The notes: generated by a model from the letters alone, not told the origin. A DNA stretch of 64,000 nucleotides from an uncultured Desulfarculus sp. (GCA_963665125.2 CAXXUK010000001.1:1536001-1600000), one strand, 5' to 3'. Counted from the stretch's first letter, positions 1 to 10,035 are shown. A program made the numbers and translations.

Positions 1-45
1 ACAGATTTCATCCGTCCCCCTTTTGCAACGATCAATTGCCCCGGC

Positions 46-82
46 GTCACACTTGTAACAGAAAAGTCACATGTCCATCACC
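46..82 (+). promoter_or_regulatory. Pho-box-like direct repeats upstream of the GAK operon
   Basis: GTAACA (55), GTCACA (66) and ATCACC (77) at exact 11-bp spacing, plus GTCACA at 46; the downstream operon encodes a PhoU domain. Confidence 0.5.
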
Positions 83-148
83 CGATCCGCTTCAATGACG
101 GCTATATTTTGATTCTAAAATTAGCCAAGGATATTGGGATAAAAGACA

Positions 149-1342
149 ATGGGTGATTCCGGAAAAAACAACAAAATAGCCCTGAAGCTAAAAAAAGACC
201 AAATACCCCCACCGCCGGATTTTGATCTGCAACGGGCGGTGGATGAAATAGAGCCTTGGGATCAGGAAACCTACGATGCGATCATCGCCACGGATTTGAC
301 CGCCAGGCAAATTGAAAGCGTGGTAAACCCGACTGAATCCTACCCCAAACAAAAGGCCGTGTTGGCGGTTCATTGGCACCCCGAGTGGATTCCCTTTGAC
401 CTGATCACCCGCCGAATCCAAACCATGTACCCAAACAGCGAGCGGGAGCTGATCATCCCCACCCAGCACAACAAGCTGCTTACATACGGCGAATATGCCG
501 GCGTGGAGGTTGACTGCTATTCTTCGGGCTTCAATCGCAAGGTCCAGCTTCTGCTGCACTTCAAGGCCGACAAGGTCAAAAACGCCCACATCCTGCGGTC
601 CATGCTGGAGCATACGGCCAGCTACCGTTCATCCCAGCTCTTCGAATTCATCAACAACATCATCAACCCCGACCAGCAGCACCGGCTGGAAGAAGCCGTG
701 GCCGACACCGGGGCCAATGAGGAGTTGGTGGAGTTGGTGCGCTTCTACACGGCGCGGTTGAACGCCCTGCTGGATAAAAACGAAAACCGCACGCCGCCGT
801 TCATGATCAAGAACAAACTGCTGACCGAGTACATTGACGCCCAGCGCAAACGCCACCCGGACATCACCATAAACCGGGCCCTGTTGCTGATCAAGGCGGT
901 CAAGGCCATCACCAAGCTGCACTTTTCGTTCGATTATTTCTTCCGGGCCTCCGAGGTCATCGAAGAGGCGCGTTCGCTGGGCGGCGGCATCGTCATACCC
1001 CACCCCGAACAGTTTTGGCCCATACTCCTGGCCGACTACGACGTTGACGGCTGGGAGGTCTGGAATCCGCAATCCCGGGAATACACCGAGTTTTTGGTCA
1101 GGGCCCTCAACACGCACAACAAACAGTATTCAACGGCCAAGCGTTCGCTGCTGGTCTTCATGGGCGACGACACCCACATGTCGGTCAAGATCAAGGACCC
1201 GGCCACCCTGGAAAAATCAAAACTCGAGCGGGAAATCGGGTTGCAACCTGTTTGGGACGAAATCGGCATGCGCAAGACGCTCAGCCTGGCGGGCGCCAGC
1301 CGTGAATCGGCCATCGAACAATACAAACAGCGCCTGGGTTAA
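149..1342 (+). CDS. PHP-like domain protein, first gene of the GAK operon
   Basis: 397-aa ORF; PHP-type motifs (LAVHWHPE, GGGIVIPHP, DGWEVWN, MGDDTH). Confidence 0.65.
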   Translation: MGDSGKNNKIALKLKKDQIPPPPDFDLQRAVDEIEPWDQETYDAIIATDLTARQIESVVNPTESYPKQKAVLAVHWHPEWIPFDLITRRIQTMYPNSERELIIPTQHNKLLTYGEYAGVEVDCYSSGFNRKVQLLLHFKADKVKNAHILRSMLEHTASYRSSQLFEFINNIINPDQQHRLEEAVADTGANEELVELVRFYTARLNALLDKNENRTPPFMIKNKLLTEYIDAQRKRHPDITINRALLLIKAVKAITKLHFSFDYFFRASEVIEEARSLGGGIVIPHPEQFWPILLADYDVDGWEVWNPQSREYTEFLVRALNTHNKQYSTAKRSLLVFMGDDTHMSVKIKDPATLEKSKLEREIGLQPVWDEIGMRKTLSLAGASRESAIEQYKQRLG

Positions 1343-1362
1343 CGCAAGGAGGCAGCCAAGCA

Positions 1363-1647
1363 ATGTCCAGTGGCCAAAGATTCAAGCACGAATCAATCCA
1401 AGAGTCGGCAGCCGTTATCAAGTACCTCAAGGCGCTTTGTGACGGTTTCGAAAGCGAGGCCCTCACCTTCAGCTCCGAGGATCAGTGTCTGGTACTCAGG
1501 CCCAAGGGCATGATCAACCTTGAAGTGGACGCTAAAAGCAAAGACGGCGAGATGAAGCTCACGGTCAAATTACGTTGGCGGGACAAGGAAAAGGACCTGG
1601 ACCTCAGAACCAACGGATTGACCATCCAGCCCGCGGAAAACGCCTGA
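1363..1647 (+). CDS. amphi-Trp domain protein
   Basis: 94 aa, strong RBS (AAGGAGG); YLKALCDGF helix followed by amphipathic beta-strands ending KLRW. Confidence 0.85.
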   Translation: MSSGQRFKHESIQESAAVIKYLKALCDGFESEALTFSSEDQCLVLRPKGMINLEVDAKSKDGEMKLTVKLRWRDKEKDLDLRTNGLTIQPAENA

Positions 1648-1662
1648 AAGCGCTGACGGCAT

Positions 1663-3306
1663 ATGCTTCTGCCTGAAAGTATTACTGAAAATTTTCGCAT
1701 CATGGTCACCGAAACCATCGCCCAGGTGGACCAGGCAAACCATTTTTTTAGCGACCCCGAGCCAAAGCTCATGAGTAAGCTCAGCGCCAGGGACGATTAC
1801 ATCGACACCCTAAAAACGCTCATCGAAGACCAGTGCCACGAAATGCTCATGAAAGCCGAGTCGTTGGGAAAAATGCAGGCCAATTACCTGCGTTCGATGA
1901 TCACCATAAGCGCCAACCTGGAGCGCATCGCCGATTTTGCCGTGAACATCCTGCGGCAAACCACCCACATGAGCGACCCTACCTTTGCCTCCGACTATGA
2001 TCTTGCCGCGTTTTTTCACATATCCATGCTCAGCCTGGAGTCGGTTGAAGATGCCTTGAGCAGGCGGGATCTTTCCAAGGCCGTGAGCATCTGTCAGGCC
2101 GAACACAATATCGACAAGCTCTACGAAAACCGCTTCGCCCGTATTCTGCGCGAGCTGAAGTCGGGCGGTCCGGCCCAGGACTTGGTCACCACCCTGTTCA
2201 TTTGCCATTACCTAGAGCGCATGGGCGACTCGCTGCAAAACATCGGCGAGGCCATCATCTTCGCCCTGGTCGGCGAAAAGATGAAGATCCACCAATACGA
2301 GGCCCTCAGCGAAGGCCTCGAGGCAACAGGCCGCCAAAGTTCGCTGCAAAAAGTGGAGCTCAACTCCATTTGGGGCACCCGTTCGGGCTGCCGCATCGGC
2401 ACGGCCAAAGACCGGGGGGGGCCCGAGGGCTCATCTCCGGTGCTGTTCAAGCAGGGCAACCCGCGCAAGTTGTGGCAGGAGCGGGAAAAACTGCAAACCT
2501 GGGACCGGCTGTTTCCCGGCCTGCCGCCCAAGGTATGGGGCTTTCAGCAGGTCGATGAGGACAACGCCTCTTTGATGGTGGAGTTTCTTCAAGGCATCAA
2601 CTTGCAGGAACTGATCCTCACTACGGAACGCTCATTTTTCATGGTGGCCCTGGAGGCCCTGCAGGAGGTAATTACCCGCATCTGGTCGTCAACGCGCCAG
2701 GATCAGGAGAACAACGCCGGTTTCATCGAGCAGATAGAAAGCCGCCGCTATTCGGTCTTCCGCCTGCACCCGTCGTTCAACGGCCACACCGGCGCCATCG
2801 GCGAACTGGCCCTGCCAACTTTCGGCCAGTTGGTCAAGTGGCTCCGGCCCGAGGAAAAACAACTGAACGCACCATTTTCGGTGATGATTCACGGCGACTT
2901 CAACCTCAACAACGTTATTTATGACCCGGCCGGGAAAACCATCCACTTCATCGACCTGCACCGCTCCAAGATGTCCGACTATGCCCAGGACATCTCGGTT
3001 TTCCTGGTGTCGGGATTCCGGCTGCCCATCTTTGCCAGCGACCTGCGCGGCCGCCTGAATAGGGTGGCCAAGGCGATGTATGGTTTCGCCATGAAGCAGG
3101 CAGGGGAAATGGGCGACGAAACATTCCAGGCGCGTTTGGCTCTGGGCCTGAGCAGGTCTTTCTTCTCCAGTACCCGCTTTGAATACAACCGCAAGTTCGC
3201 CAAGGAAATGTTCCTGCGGTCCAAGTATCTGCTGGAAATGCTCAACGCTCACAGGCCAAAGCCTTGGCAGAGCTTCCAACTGCCCGAAGATATTCTCTAT
3301 TACTAG
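1663..3306 (+). CDS. PhoU domain / aminoglycoside-phosphotransferase-like kinase fusion
   Basis: Two PhoU repeats (LERIADFAVNI, LERMGDSLQNI) plus a C-terminal APH/kinase motif HGDFNLNN...FID. Confidence 0.85.
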   Translation: MLLPESITENFRIMVTETIAQVDQANHFFSDPEPKLMSKLSARDDYIDTLKTLIEDQCHEMLMKAESLGKMQANYLRSMITISANLERIADFAVNILRQTTHMSDPTFASDYDLAAFFHISMLSLESVEDALSRRDLSKAVSICQAEHNIDKLYENRFARILRELKSGGPAQDLVTTLFICHYLERMGDSLQNIGEAIIFALVGEKMKIHQYEALSEGLEATGRQSSLQKVELNSIWGTRSGCRIGTAKDRGGPEGSSPVLFKQGNPRKLWQEREKLQTWDRLFPGLPPKVWGFQQVDEDNASLMVEFLQGINLQELILTTERSFFMVALEALQEVITRIWSSTRQDQENNAGFIEQIESRRYSVFRLHPSFNGHTGAIGELALPTFGQLVKWLRPEEKQLNAPFSVMIHGDFNLNNVIYDPAGKTIHFIDLHRSKMSDYAQDISVFLVSGFRLPIFASDLRGRLNRVAKAMYGFAMKQAGEMGDETFQARLALGLSRSFFSSTRFEYNRKFAKEMFLRSKYLLEMLNAHRPKPWQSFQLPEDILYY

Positions 3307-3327
3307 TACACGCGAGGGTTCGTTAGC

Positions 3328-4206
3328 ATGGAAATAGGCGTTGTAGGCATCACCGAAGGCTGGTCCACGGAAAAGCTGGCCGATGCCGTGGAAAAAAAGA
3401 CAGGCTTCCGTTGCGTTATCGATTTGGCCGAGATATCGGTGGACATGGCCCGCAACAAGGCCTTTTTCAAGGGCCGGGCAATCTCTGACTTCGATGGCCT
3501 GATCATTAAAAAGGTCGGCCCGGCCTATTCGCCGGACCTGCTTGACCGGCTTGAGCTATTGCGCTGCATCGAATCCATGGGCGTGCGCATTTTTTCGGAG
3601 CCGGAACGCATTCACCGGGTCTTGAACCGTCTCAGTTGCACAACCGGCCTGTTCAAAGCCGGAATCCCCTTGCCGCCAACCGTGGTAACCGAAGATGTCG
3701 GCGAAGCGGTCGAAGCCGTACGCAATTTCGGGCCCTGCGTACTCAAGCCCCTGTATACGTCAAAGGCCAGGGGTATGACCATAGTCCAGCCGGGCAACGG
3801 CCTGCGCGAGGACGTGGCCAATTTCAAGGCCTCGGGCAACCAGATGATCTATTTACAAAAGGTTGTTGAGCTTCCCGGCCAGGATCTTGGCGTGGTCTTT
3901 TTGGGCGGCCAATACCTGACCACCTACGCCAGGGTCGGCAAAAAGGGCTCATGGAACACCACCACCAACTCCGGCGGCAAATACCAACACTACGAGCCAT
4001 CCGAGGAAGTAAAGGCCATTGCCCAAAAGGCCCAGGCCATTTTCGGCCTGGATTTCACCTGCGTTGACGTGGCCGAAACGCCAGACGGCCCGGTTGTGTT
4101 CGAGGTCTCGGCCTTTGGCGGATTCAGGGGACTGTTGGAGGGCTGCGGCATGGATGCCGCCGCCTTGTACACCGACCATGTCTACAAGGAGATCAGCGGT
4201 GAATAG
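3328..4206 (+). CDS. GAK system ATP-grasp enzyme (RimK-like)
   Basis: VLKPLYTSKARG, WNTTTNSGG, FTCVDV, VFEVSAFGGFRG. Confidence 0.9.
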   Translation: MEIGVVGITEGWSTEKLADAVEKKTGFRCVIDLAEISVDMARNKAFFKGRAISDFDGLIIKKVGPAYSPDLLDRLELLRCIESMGVRIFSEPERIHRVLNRLSCTTGLFKAGIPLPPTVVTEDVGEAVEAVRNFGPCVLKPLYTSKARGMTIVQPGNGLREDVANFKASGNQMIYLQKVVELPGQDLGVVFLGGQYLTTYARVGKKGSWNTTTNSGGKYQHYEPSEEVKAIAQKAQAIFGLDFTCVDVAETPDGPVVFEVSAFGGFRGLLEGCGMDAAALYTDHVYKEISGE

Positions 4207-5275
4207 CCCGCGATATGTTGACGAGGTGATCCCGCCCACGGCCAAGGATGCCCCAATGGTCGGTGCCATGGTCCTGGGTTTCGGGGAATGCGCGATCAAG
4301 GTCCAGTCCAACCACGAGCCCCTGCTGGCCGAGCTTTCGCAATACTTTGACCAATTCGTGGTCAACAGCGACACCCCGGCCCAGATGACCGTCACGACCA
4401 TTGAGCAGGAACCGCCGGTTATTGACCTGGATCTGATGGTCAAGCAGCCCGACCCCGGCAAGACCAAGATCAAGGAAGAATTTTACGATCTGGCAGACGG
4501 CCGCCTGGTCCGCAAACGGCTCACGGGGTTGATCTTTCTGTTCGGCAAGGATACGCACCTGGCCATCGGCCCCTGCCTGAAAAACAGCAACCAGGTCATC
4601 AACTTCATCAACAACCGCCTGATCCAATGGGAGCTTGACCGGGGCTGTCTGCTGGCCCACGCGGCCGCTGTGACCAGCGGCGGCAAGGGCATGGCCTTGG
4701 CCGGTTTCTCGGGCATGGGCAAATCCACCCTGGCCCTACACATGATGAGTCTTGGCGCTGACTTTGTAAGCAACGACCGCCTGTTGGTAAAAAACAGCGG
4801 CCCTGGCGCCTGGATGACGGGAGTGGCCAAGCTGCCGCGCATCAACCCCGGCACGGCCCTGAACAACCCCGACCTTGCCACGGTCATGCCCGAAAAAGAC
4901 CGCATTCGCTTTGCCGGTCTGCCGCCCGAGGAGCTTTGGCCCCTGGAGCACAAATACGATGTGGATATCGAGGCCTGCTTTGGTCCGGGACGCTTCACCC
5001 TGGACCATGCCTTCGACGCCCTGGGCCTGCTCAACTGGCAACGCGACGGCGGCCCGCTACAGGTCCGGGAAATCGATATATCCAGACGGCTGGATCTGCT
5101 GGAGGCCTTCAAGAAGTCGCCGGGCCTTTTCTTCATCGAGGATGGCCAGGCCAGAGACTACTCGGATGAGGCATATATCAAGGTAATGAAAAACGTCGTT
5201 GTGTACGAACTCAGCGGCGGCGCTGACTTTATCCAGGCGGCCGGCATCTGCCTGGACAAGTTGCGGAGCCTCTAG
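4199..5275 (+). CDS. HprK-related kinase B
   Basis: GTG start at 4199 after AAGGAG; HAAAV, P-loop GFSGMGKST, VSNDR. Confidence 0.85.
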   Translation: MNSPRYVDEVIPPTAKDAPMVGAMVLGFGECAIKVQSNHEPLLAELSQYFDQFVVNSDTPAQMTVTTIEQEPPVIDLDLMVKQPDPGKTKIKEEFYDLADGRLVRKRLTGLIFLFGKDTHLAIGPCLKNSNQVINFINNRLIQWELDRGCLLAHAAAVTSGGKGMALAGFSGMGKSTLALHMMSLGADFVSNDRLLVKNSGPGAWMTGVAKLPRINPGTALNNPDLATVMPEKDRIRFAGLPPEELWPLEHKYDVDIEACFGPGRFTLDHAFDALGLLNWQRDGGPLQVREIDISRRLDLLEAFKKSPGLFFIEDGQARDYSDEAYIKVMKNVVVYELSGGADFIQAAGICLDKLRSL

Positions 5276-5281
5276 CGCCAG

Positions 5282-6478
5282 ATGACCGACCATCTGACCA
5301 TAACCCGCACGGTCCGGCTGCCCGACAAAGTCAGGCTGGCCCGCTTTGCCCGCACCCCGGAACTGGGCCCCAGGGTGCTATTTTTCAGCGGTGGCAGCGC
5401 GCTCAACCCCCTAAGCCGCCGTTTGATCAACTATACCCACAACTCCATTCATTTGATCACGCCGTTTGACTCGGGCGGTTCCTCGGCCGTTCTGCGCAAG
5501 GCATTCGGCATGCCCGCTGTGGGAGACCTGCGCAACCGGATGATGGCCTTGGCCGATCAAACCGTGCAGGGCAACCCCAGCATTTACGCCCTGTTCGCCT
5601 TTCGACTGCCCAAGGACCAATCCCAAGGGGAGCTTTCGGCCAGGCTGGACAGCATGATCCTGGGCCGTGACGAGCTCGTGGCGGCCGTGCCAGACCCAAT
5701 GCGTAAAATAATCCGCAATCACCTCGGCTATTTCCGCAACGAAATGCCCCAAGACTTCGACCTGCGGGGGGCCAGCGTGGGGAACCTTGTCCTGGTGGGC
5801 GGCTATCTGAACAACAACCGTCACATCGACCCGGTGCTTTTCCTGTTTTCCAAGCTGGTAGAGGTCCGGGGCACCGTTCGTCCCATCGTCAACAAGGACT
5901 GCCACCTGGCGGTGAACCTGGCCGACGGCTCAAAGGTCATCGGCCAGCACCTGCTGACCGGCAAGGAAGTCAAACCAATCACTTCAGCGGTACAAAGCCT
6001 TTACCTGGTAAACGGTTTGGACGATCACACCCCGGCCGAGGTGGTGATCAGGGATAAGATACGCGGCCTTATCTCCGAGGCCGAGTTGATCTGCTATCCC
6101 ATGGGCAGCTTTTATTCGAGTCTGATGGCAAACCTGCTGCCCGGCGGCGTGGCGGACGCCGTGGCGAAAAAAGGCTGCCCCAAAGTGTTCATACCCAGCA
6201 CCGGCCGGGACCCTGAATTGGTGGGCACCCCGGTGCATGAAACGGTTCACAGGCTCATAACCCAACTGCAAGCCAATGCGGACAAGGCCATACCGGTTGA
6301 CCGGTTCCTTAATTTCGTCCTGGTTGACTCGGAACACGGCGACTATCCGGGCGGGTTGGATAAAAGGGCCATTGAGGAATTGGGTGTTGTGATAATTGAC
6401 ACGGATTTGGCCCAAAAGGACAAAGCAACGCGTTTGGACCCGGACAAGCTGCTGGGCGCGTTGCTGTCGCTTGTATGA
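5282..6478 (+). CDS. GAK system CofD/YvcK-like protein
   Basis: FFSGGSAL, TPFDSGGSS, VGDLRNR, PMGSFYSS motifs of the CofD/YvcK fold. Confidence 0.9.
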   Translation: MTDHLTITRTVRLPDKVRLARFARTPELGPRVLFFSGGSALNPLSRRLINYTHNSIHLITPFDSGGSSAVLRKAFGMPAVGDLRNRMMALADQTVQGNPSIYALFAFRLPKDQSQGELSARLDSMILGRDELVAAVPDPMRKIIRNHLGYFRNEMPQDFDLRGASVGNLVLVGGYLNNNRHIDPVLFLFSKLVEVRGTVRPIVNKDCHLAVNLADGSKVIGQHLLTGKEVKPITSAVQSLYLVNGLDDHTPAEVVIRDKIRGLISEAELICYPMGSFYSSLMANLLPGGVADAVAKKGCPKVFIPSTGRDPELVGTPVHETVHRLITQLQANADKAIPVDRFLNFVLVDSEHGDYPGGLDKRAIEELGVVIIDTDLAQKDKATRLDPDKLLGALLSLV

Positions 6479-6535
6479 GGCATTTACGAATAAACCTACG
6501 GCAATCAAAACATTCTAAAAGTAACATGGTGAAAA

Positions 6536-7147
6536 ATGGATGCTAACAAACAAACCAAAAGGATGCTCTCGGCCCACGAAGCGGCCGCCTATCTGCGGCA
6601 ACTGGCCGGCCAGCTCGAAAACGGCTCGGTATTTTTCGACGAGGCCGACATGGATGTCAGCGGCGTGGTCAGCCTCAAGGAGAGCCTCAAATCCAAGTCG
6701 GACAAAAATACTCTAAAGGTCAAGCTGAAGATCTACGGTTTGGGCGCTCATCCCGGAGACGATGAAGACATCACCATTGAAACCGAGTCCGAGGATGAAG
6801 ACGATTCGGAGGCCGACCAGGAAACGGTATCTGCGGAAGACGACCTGGCGGATGCTGAGCGGCCCTCCTACAAAAAGCTGAAAAAAAGGCTGCAAAAGGC
6901 TTACAAGGCCATCAACGAACAGATCGGCCAAGAAGAAATCGCCGACCTTGCCATTATCCAGGCCTTTTACAATGACTGCCTGCTGATGACTTCCTACAGC
7001 GGCAAGGGCGATGTCTACTACCCCCAGTTCATAGCTGTGGCCGAGCGTGTTCTCTCAAGCGCAGAAGCGGGAAATCTCGCGTCCTTCAAGACGTCCATGG
7101 CGGACATGAAAAAAATGAAAGCGGAATGTCACGACCGCTATAAATAG
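6536..7147 (+). CDS. amphi-Trp-like + XXXCH domain protein (GAK system)
   Basis: N-terminal AAAYLRQLAGQLENG, acidic linker, SYKKLKKRL and C-terminal KAECHDRYK. Confidence 0.85.
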   Translation: MDANKQTKRMLSAHEAAAYLRQLAGQLENGSVFFDEADMDVSGVVSLKESLKSKSDKNTLKVKLKIYGLGAHPGDDEDITIETESEDEDDSEADQETVSAEDDLADAERPSYKKLKKRLQKAYKAINEQIGQEEIADLAIIQAFYNDCLLMTSYSGKGDVYYPQFIAVAERVLSSAEAGNLASFKTSMADMKKMKAECHDRYK

Positions 7148-7299
7148 TGTAATCAGCAAGATAGGCGGTCATTTGAACAGATATCTGCGCCGTGCCTGGC
7201 GTGTGTTATTTTCCGAACGACCGCTCTTATTACCTTGACCAACAGGTTTATCCAGCGGATACTACGTCATGGTTTTTTCCTCGTATCGTGGTTGACCGC

Positions 7300-8589
7300 A
7301 TGAATCTTTCCGCCCAACCGGCTATAAACAACCTGGAAGCACCTCCCGTGGGCTTCCGGGGGTGGCGCGTGGTCGCGGCCGCCTTTTTCGGCAATTTCAT
7401 GGCCACGGGCACGGCGTTTTACATTTTCAACGCCCTGATGCTGCCGCTGTGCGCCGAGCGCGGCTGGACCAGGGCCGAAGTCAACTACGCCCCCATGCTC
7501 GGCTTCAGCCTGGGCCTGCTTTTTCAGCTTGTCTACGGCTCGGTTATCGAGAAAGTCGGATCCAGAAAGCTCATGACCTTTGGTCCGGCGCTCTCGGCCG
7601 CCGCCTTTATCAGCCTGGGCTACACGCACAATCTCTTCATTTTTTATCTGATGTATATCCTGCTGGTAGGCGGCAACGGCACCATGAACGGCATTGTGGC
7701 CAATACTGCGGTTGCCAACTGGTTTGTCGAAAAACGAGGCAAGGCCCTGGGCCTGGCCACTGCCGGCGTGTCCTTCTCCGGCGTCGTGCTGCCCATGGCC
7801 GCCCTTTATCTTTTGGAGCACACGACTCTGGAAAACACGTTCATCGCGGTGGGGTTGGCCATCCTTTTGGTTTCGCCGCTCAGCTGGCTGCTGGTTCGCG
7901 ATACGCCGGAATCATGCGGTCAATTCCCCGACGGAGCCCAGCAACAACCGGATGATTATCTTGAGAATCTTACCGCCGTCGCCGGCGATATCCCCGGGCA
8001 GCCGTTAATAGTGCGCCTTTCCGCGGGCCAAATAGTCCGCCAGCCAGACTTCTGGATCACAGGGCTTGCGTTCGGCGTCACCCTGATGGGTGTGGTCGGC
8101 GTCATGTTCCAGTTGGCGCCGCGCTTTCTGGATCTGGGATTCGATAACCGCACGGGCATGATCATGGTCGGCGTGGCCACGTTCATGGGTGCGGTGGGCA
8201 AAGCCGCCTGGGGCTGGGTCTGCGACAGTTTCGACCCCCGTAAGGTAATTTCGCTGATGATGGTCTCCAACGCGGCGGGCCTGATTATCGGCCTCAACGT
8301 CAGCGGGTGGCTGGGCGGATTCGCCTTTGCCATGGTATTCGGCTTCGCCATGGGCGGGGCCATGTCCACGTTCCCCATCATGGTCGGTTATCTCTACGGC
8401 CGGCTGGCCTTTGCCAGCGCCTTCCGCTTCCTGGTGCTGTTTTTGGGCATGGAAGGCCTGGGGTCGCTGGTCATGGGCCAATCCTTTGAATGGACCGGAT
8501 CATACGATGCCGCCTACTACATTTTCATCGGCCTGGACCTGATAGGTGCGGCTATGATCATGGCGGTGAAAAAACGCTCCACCCACTAA
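7300..8589 (+). CDS. MFS transporter (OFA/MCT-like)
   Basis: About 12 hydrophobic helices; GWRVV start, WFVEKRGKALG motif; ATG 7300 preferred over the longer ORF start. Confidence 0.85.
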   Translation: MNLSAQPAINNLEAPPVGFRGWRVVAAAFFGNFMATGTAFYIFNALMLPLCAERGWTRAEVNYAPMLGFSLGLLFQLVYGSVIEKVGSRKLMTFGPALSAAAFISLGYTHNLFIFYLMYILLVGGNGTMNGIVANTAVANWFVEKRGKALGLATAGVSFSGVVLPMAALYLLEHTTLENTFIAVGLAILLVSPLSWLLVRDTPESCGQFPDGAQQQPDDYLENLTAVAGDIPGQPLIVRLSAGQIVRQPDFWITGLAFGVTLMGVVGVMFQLAPRFLDLGFDNRTGMIMVGVATFMGAVGKAAWGWVCDSFDPRKVISLMMVSNAAGLIIGLNVSGWLGGFAFAMVFGFAMGGAMSTFPIMVGYLYGRLAFASAFRFLVLFLGMEGLGSLVMGQSFEWTGSYDAAYYIFIGLDLIGAAMIMAVKKRSTH

Positions 8590-8705
8590 AACCGGCAAGC
8601 ATTTCCCTGATGCATTGACGGTAAAAACTGCCCCAAGCGGCCTACCGGTCGGCTTCGCATATCTTATCAATCCGATATTGCTTACTTATCCAACACAAGT
8701 CAAAC

Positions 8706-8721
8706 TGGCAACCTATTTGCA
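8706..8721 (+). promoter_or_regulatory. sigma-54 -24/-12 promoter
   Basis: TGGCAACCTATTTGCA: GG-N10-GC with TTGCA, 48 bp before ATG 8769. Confidence 0.65.
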
Positions 8722-8768
8722 TCACTCCACGTTGGACAACAATATTTCTCCGATCCGTGGAGGGAAAA

Positions 8769-9980
8769 ATGATAGACGCGGTAACCAGCACAACCGCTGC
8801 CACCACCACCAATTCGTCGAGCAGCACCAGCAGCGCCTCGGGTTCATCGTTCGAGTCCGCTCTGGAGTCGGCCCTTTCCAGCACCGAGGAGCAGGAATCC
8901 ACCAGCACCCTGGAAAACGATTTCGTGTACGCCTCGGAGATCATCTCCCTGGGGGCGGACCGCTGGTGCATGCACAACATGTCCCTGAGCGTTGATTACG
9001 ACGGCACCGACAGTTCCGTGCCCGATGAGGTCAATGAGCTGCCCTATGCCATCAGCACCTGGAGCGGCGCCAGTTTCTCCATGGATGGCCTGAGCGCCAG
9101 CGGCGAGGAACAGGTCGGCGAGGATGTGCCCTACTTCCACAACCCGTCGTTCGTGGAAAAAGACGGGGTGATCTACGCCTACTTTGTGGACCACAACGAC
9201 GACAGCACGTATGACGTTGGCCTGGCCACCAGCACCGACGGCGTGAATTTCGAATATCAGGGCAAGGTGCTGACAAAGGGCGATTCCTTTGACAATGTCA
9301 TGGCCAGCTTTCCCAGCGTCAACTACGACGAGGAAAGCGGCGAATGGACCATGCTCTACGAATCGGAAAACGAGATCGGTTACAACAGCATCTGCATGGC
9401 CACCAGCTCCGACGGCGTAAACTGGGACAAACAGGGCGAGGTGATCTGGCCCGGCGACGCCGGTGACATCAGCGCCGTTGATGTGGGCACGCCGACGTTC
9501 TTCAAGGAAGGCGACAACTGGCACGTCTACTTCCACGCCCATTCCGATGACGGCCGCACCCGCATCGGCTATGCCAGCGGGACGGACCTCAAGGACCTGA
9601 CAGTCCAGGAGCAGCCCATCATCGACGTTGACGCCTCGGGCTCGGAAAACCAGACCGTGGGCAACCGCAGCAGCGTCTTTAAGTCGGGCGATTATTACTA
9701 CATGTTCTATGAAGTCAGTGAAAACAACTATTTCTCCACCGACACGGCCAAATGGGGCATCAACCTAGCCAGGGCCGAGAGCCCGGACGGGCCGTGGGAG
9801 AAGTATGAGGGCGGGCCCATTGTCAGCAACCCGGAATATGGCTACGGCTATGACGGCCCGGAAGTGCTGGCCGACGGTGAAGACCTGTACCTGTACTACC
9901 GCACCGACGGCAACACCACCACCCGCACCCTGATCACCGGCCTTGACGGCTGGGGCGACTCGGAAGAAGAAGCCGCCTAG
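8769..9980 (+). CDS. Acidic five-bladed beta-propeller glycoside-hydrolase-like protein (GH43/32/130 superfamily) with S/T-rich N-terminus
   Basis: Repeated blades HNPSFV, SFPSV, GTPTFF, DGPEV; GLATSTDGVNF and MATSSDGVNW motifs. Confidence 0.65.
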   Translation: MIDAVTSTTAATTTNSSSSTSSASGSSFESALESALSSTEEQESTSTLENDFVYASEIISLGADRWCMHNMSLSVDYDGTDSSVPDEVNELPYAISTWSGASFSMDGLSASGEEQVGEDVPYFHNPSFVEKDGVIYAYFVDHNDDSTYDVGLATSTDGVNFEYQGKVLTKGDSFDNVMASFPSVNYDEESGEWTMLYESENEIGYNSICMATSSDGVNWDKQGEVIWPGDAGDISAVDVGTPTFFKEGDNWHVYFHAHSDDGRTRIGYASGTDLKDLTVQEQPIIDVDASGSENQTVGNRSSVFKSGDYYYMFYEVSENNYFSTDTAKWGINLARAESPDGPWEKYEGGPIVSNPEYGYGYDGPEVLADGEDLYLYYRTDGNTTTRTLITGLDGWGDSEEEAA

Positions 9981-10003
9981 GACCGCCGCATCCGCACAAT
10001 CAG

Positions 10004-10035
10004 ACGCGCTCCGGGACTCCGGCGCGCGTTTTTTA
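10004..10035 (+). terminator. Rho-independent terminator
   Basis: ACGCGC.CCGG-GACT-CCGG.GCGCGT hairpin followed by a T-run. Confidence 0.7.

Noticed and set aside
4019..4198. N-terminal ORF extensions from the ORF track (also 40243-40719, 46830-47063, 9943-10098 and 18271-18390)
   Set aside because: Most overlap upstream genes, all lack family similarity, and downstream starts with RBS-like sequences fit better.
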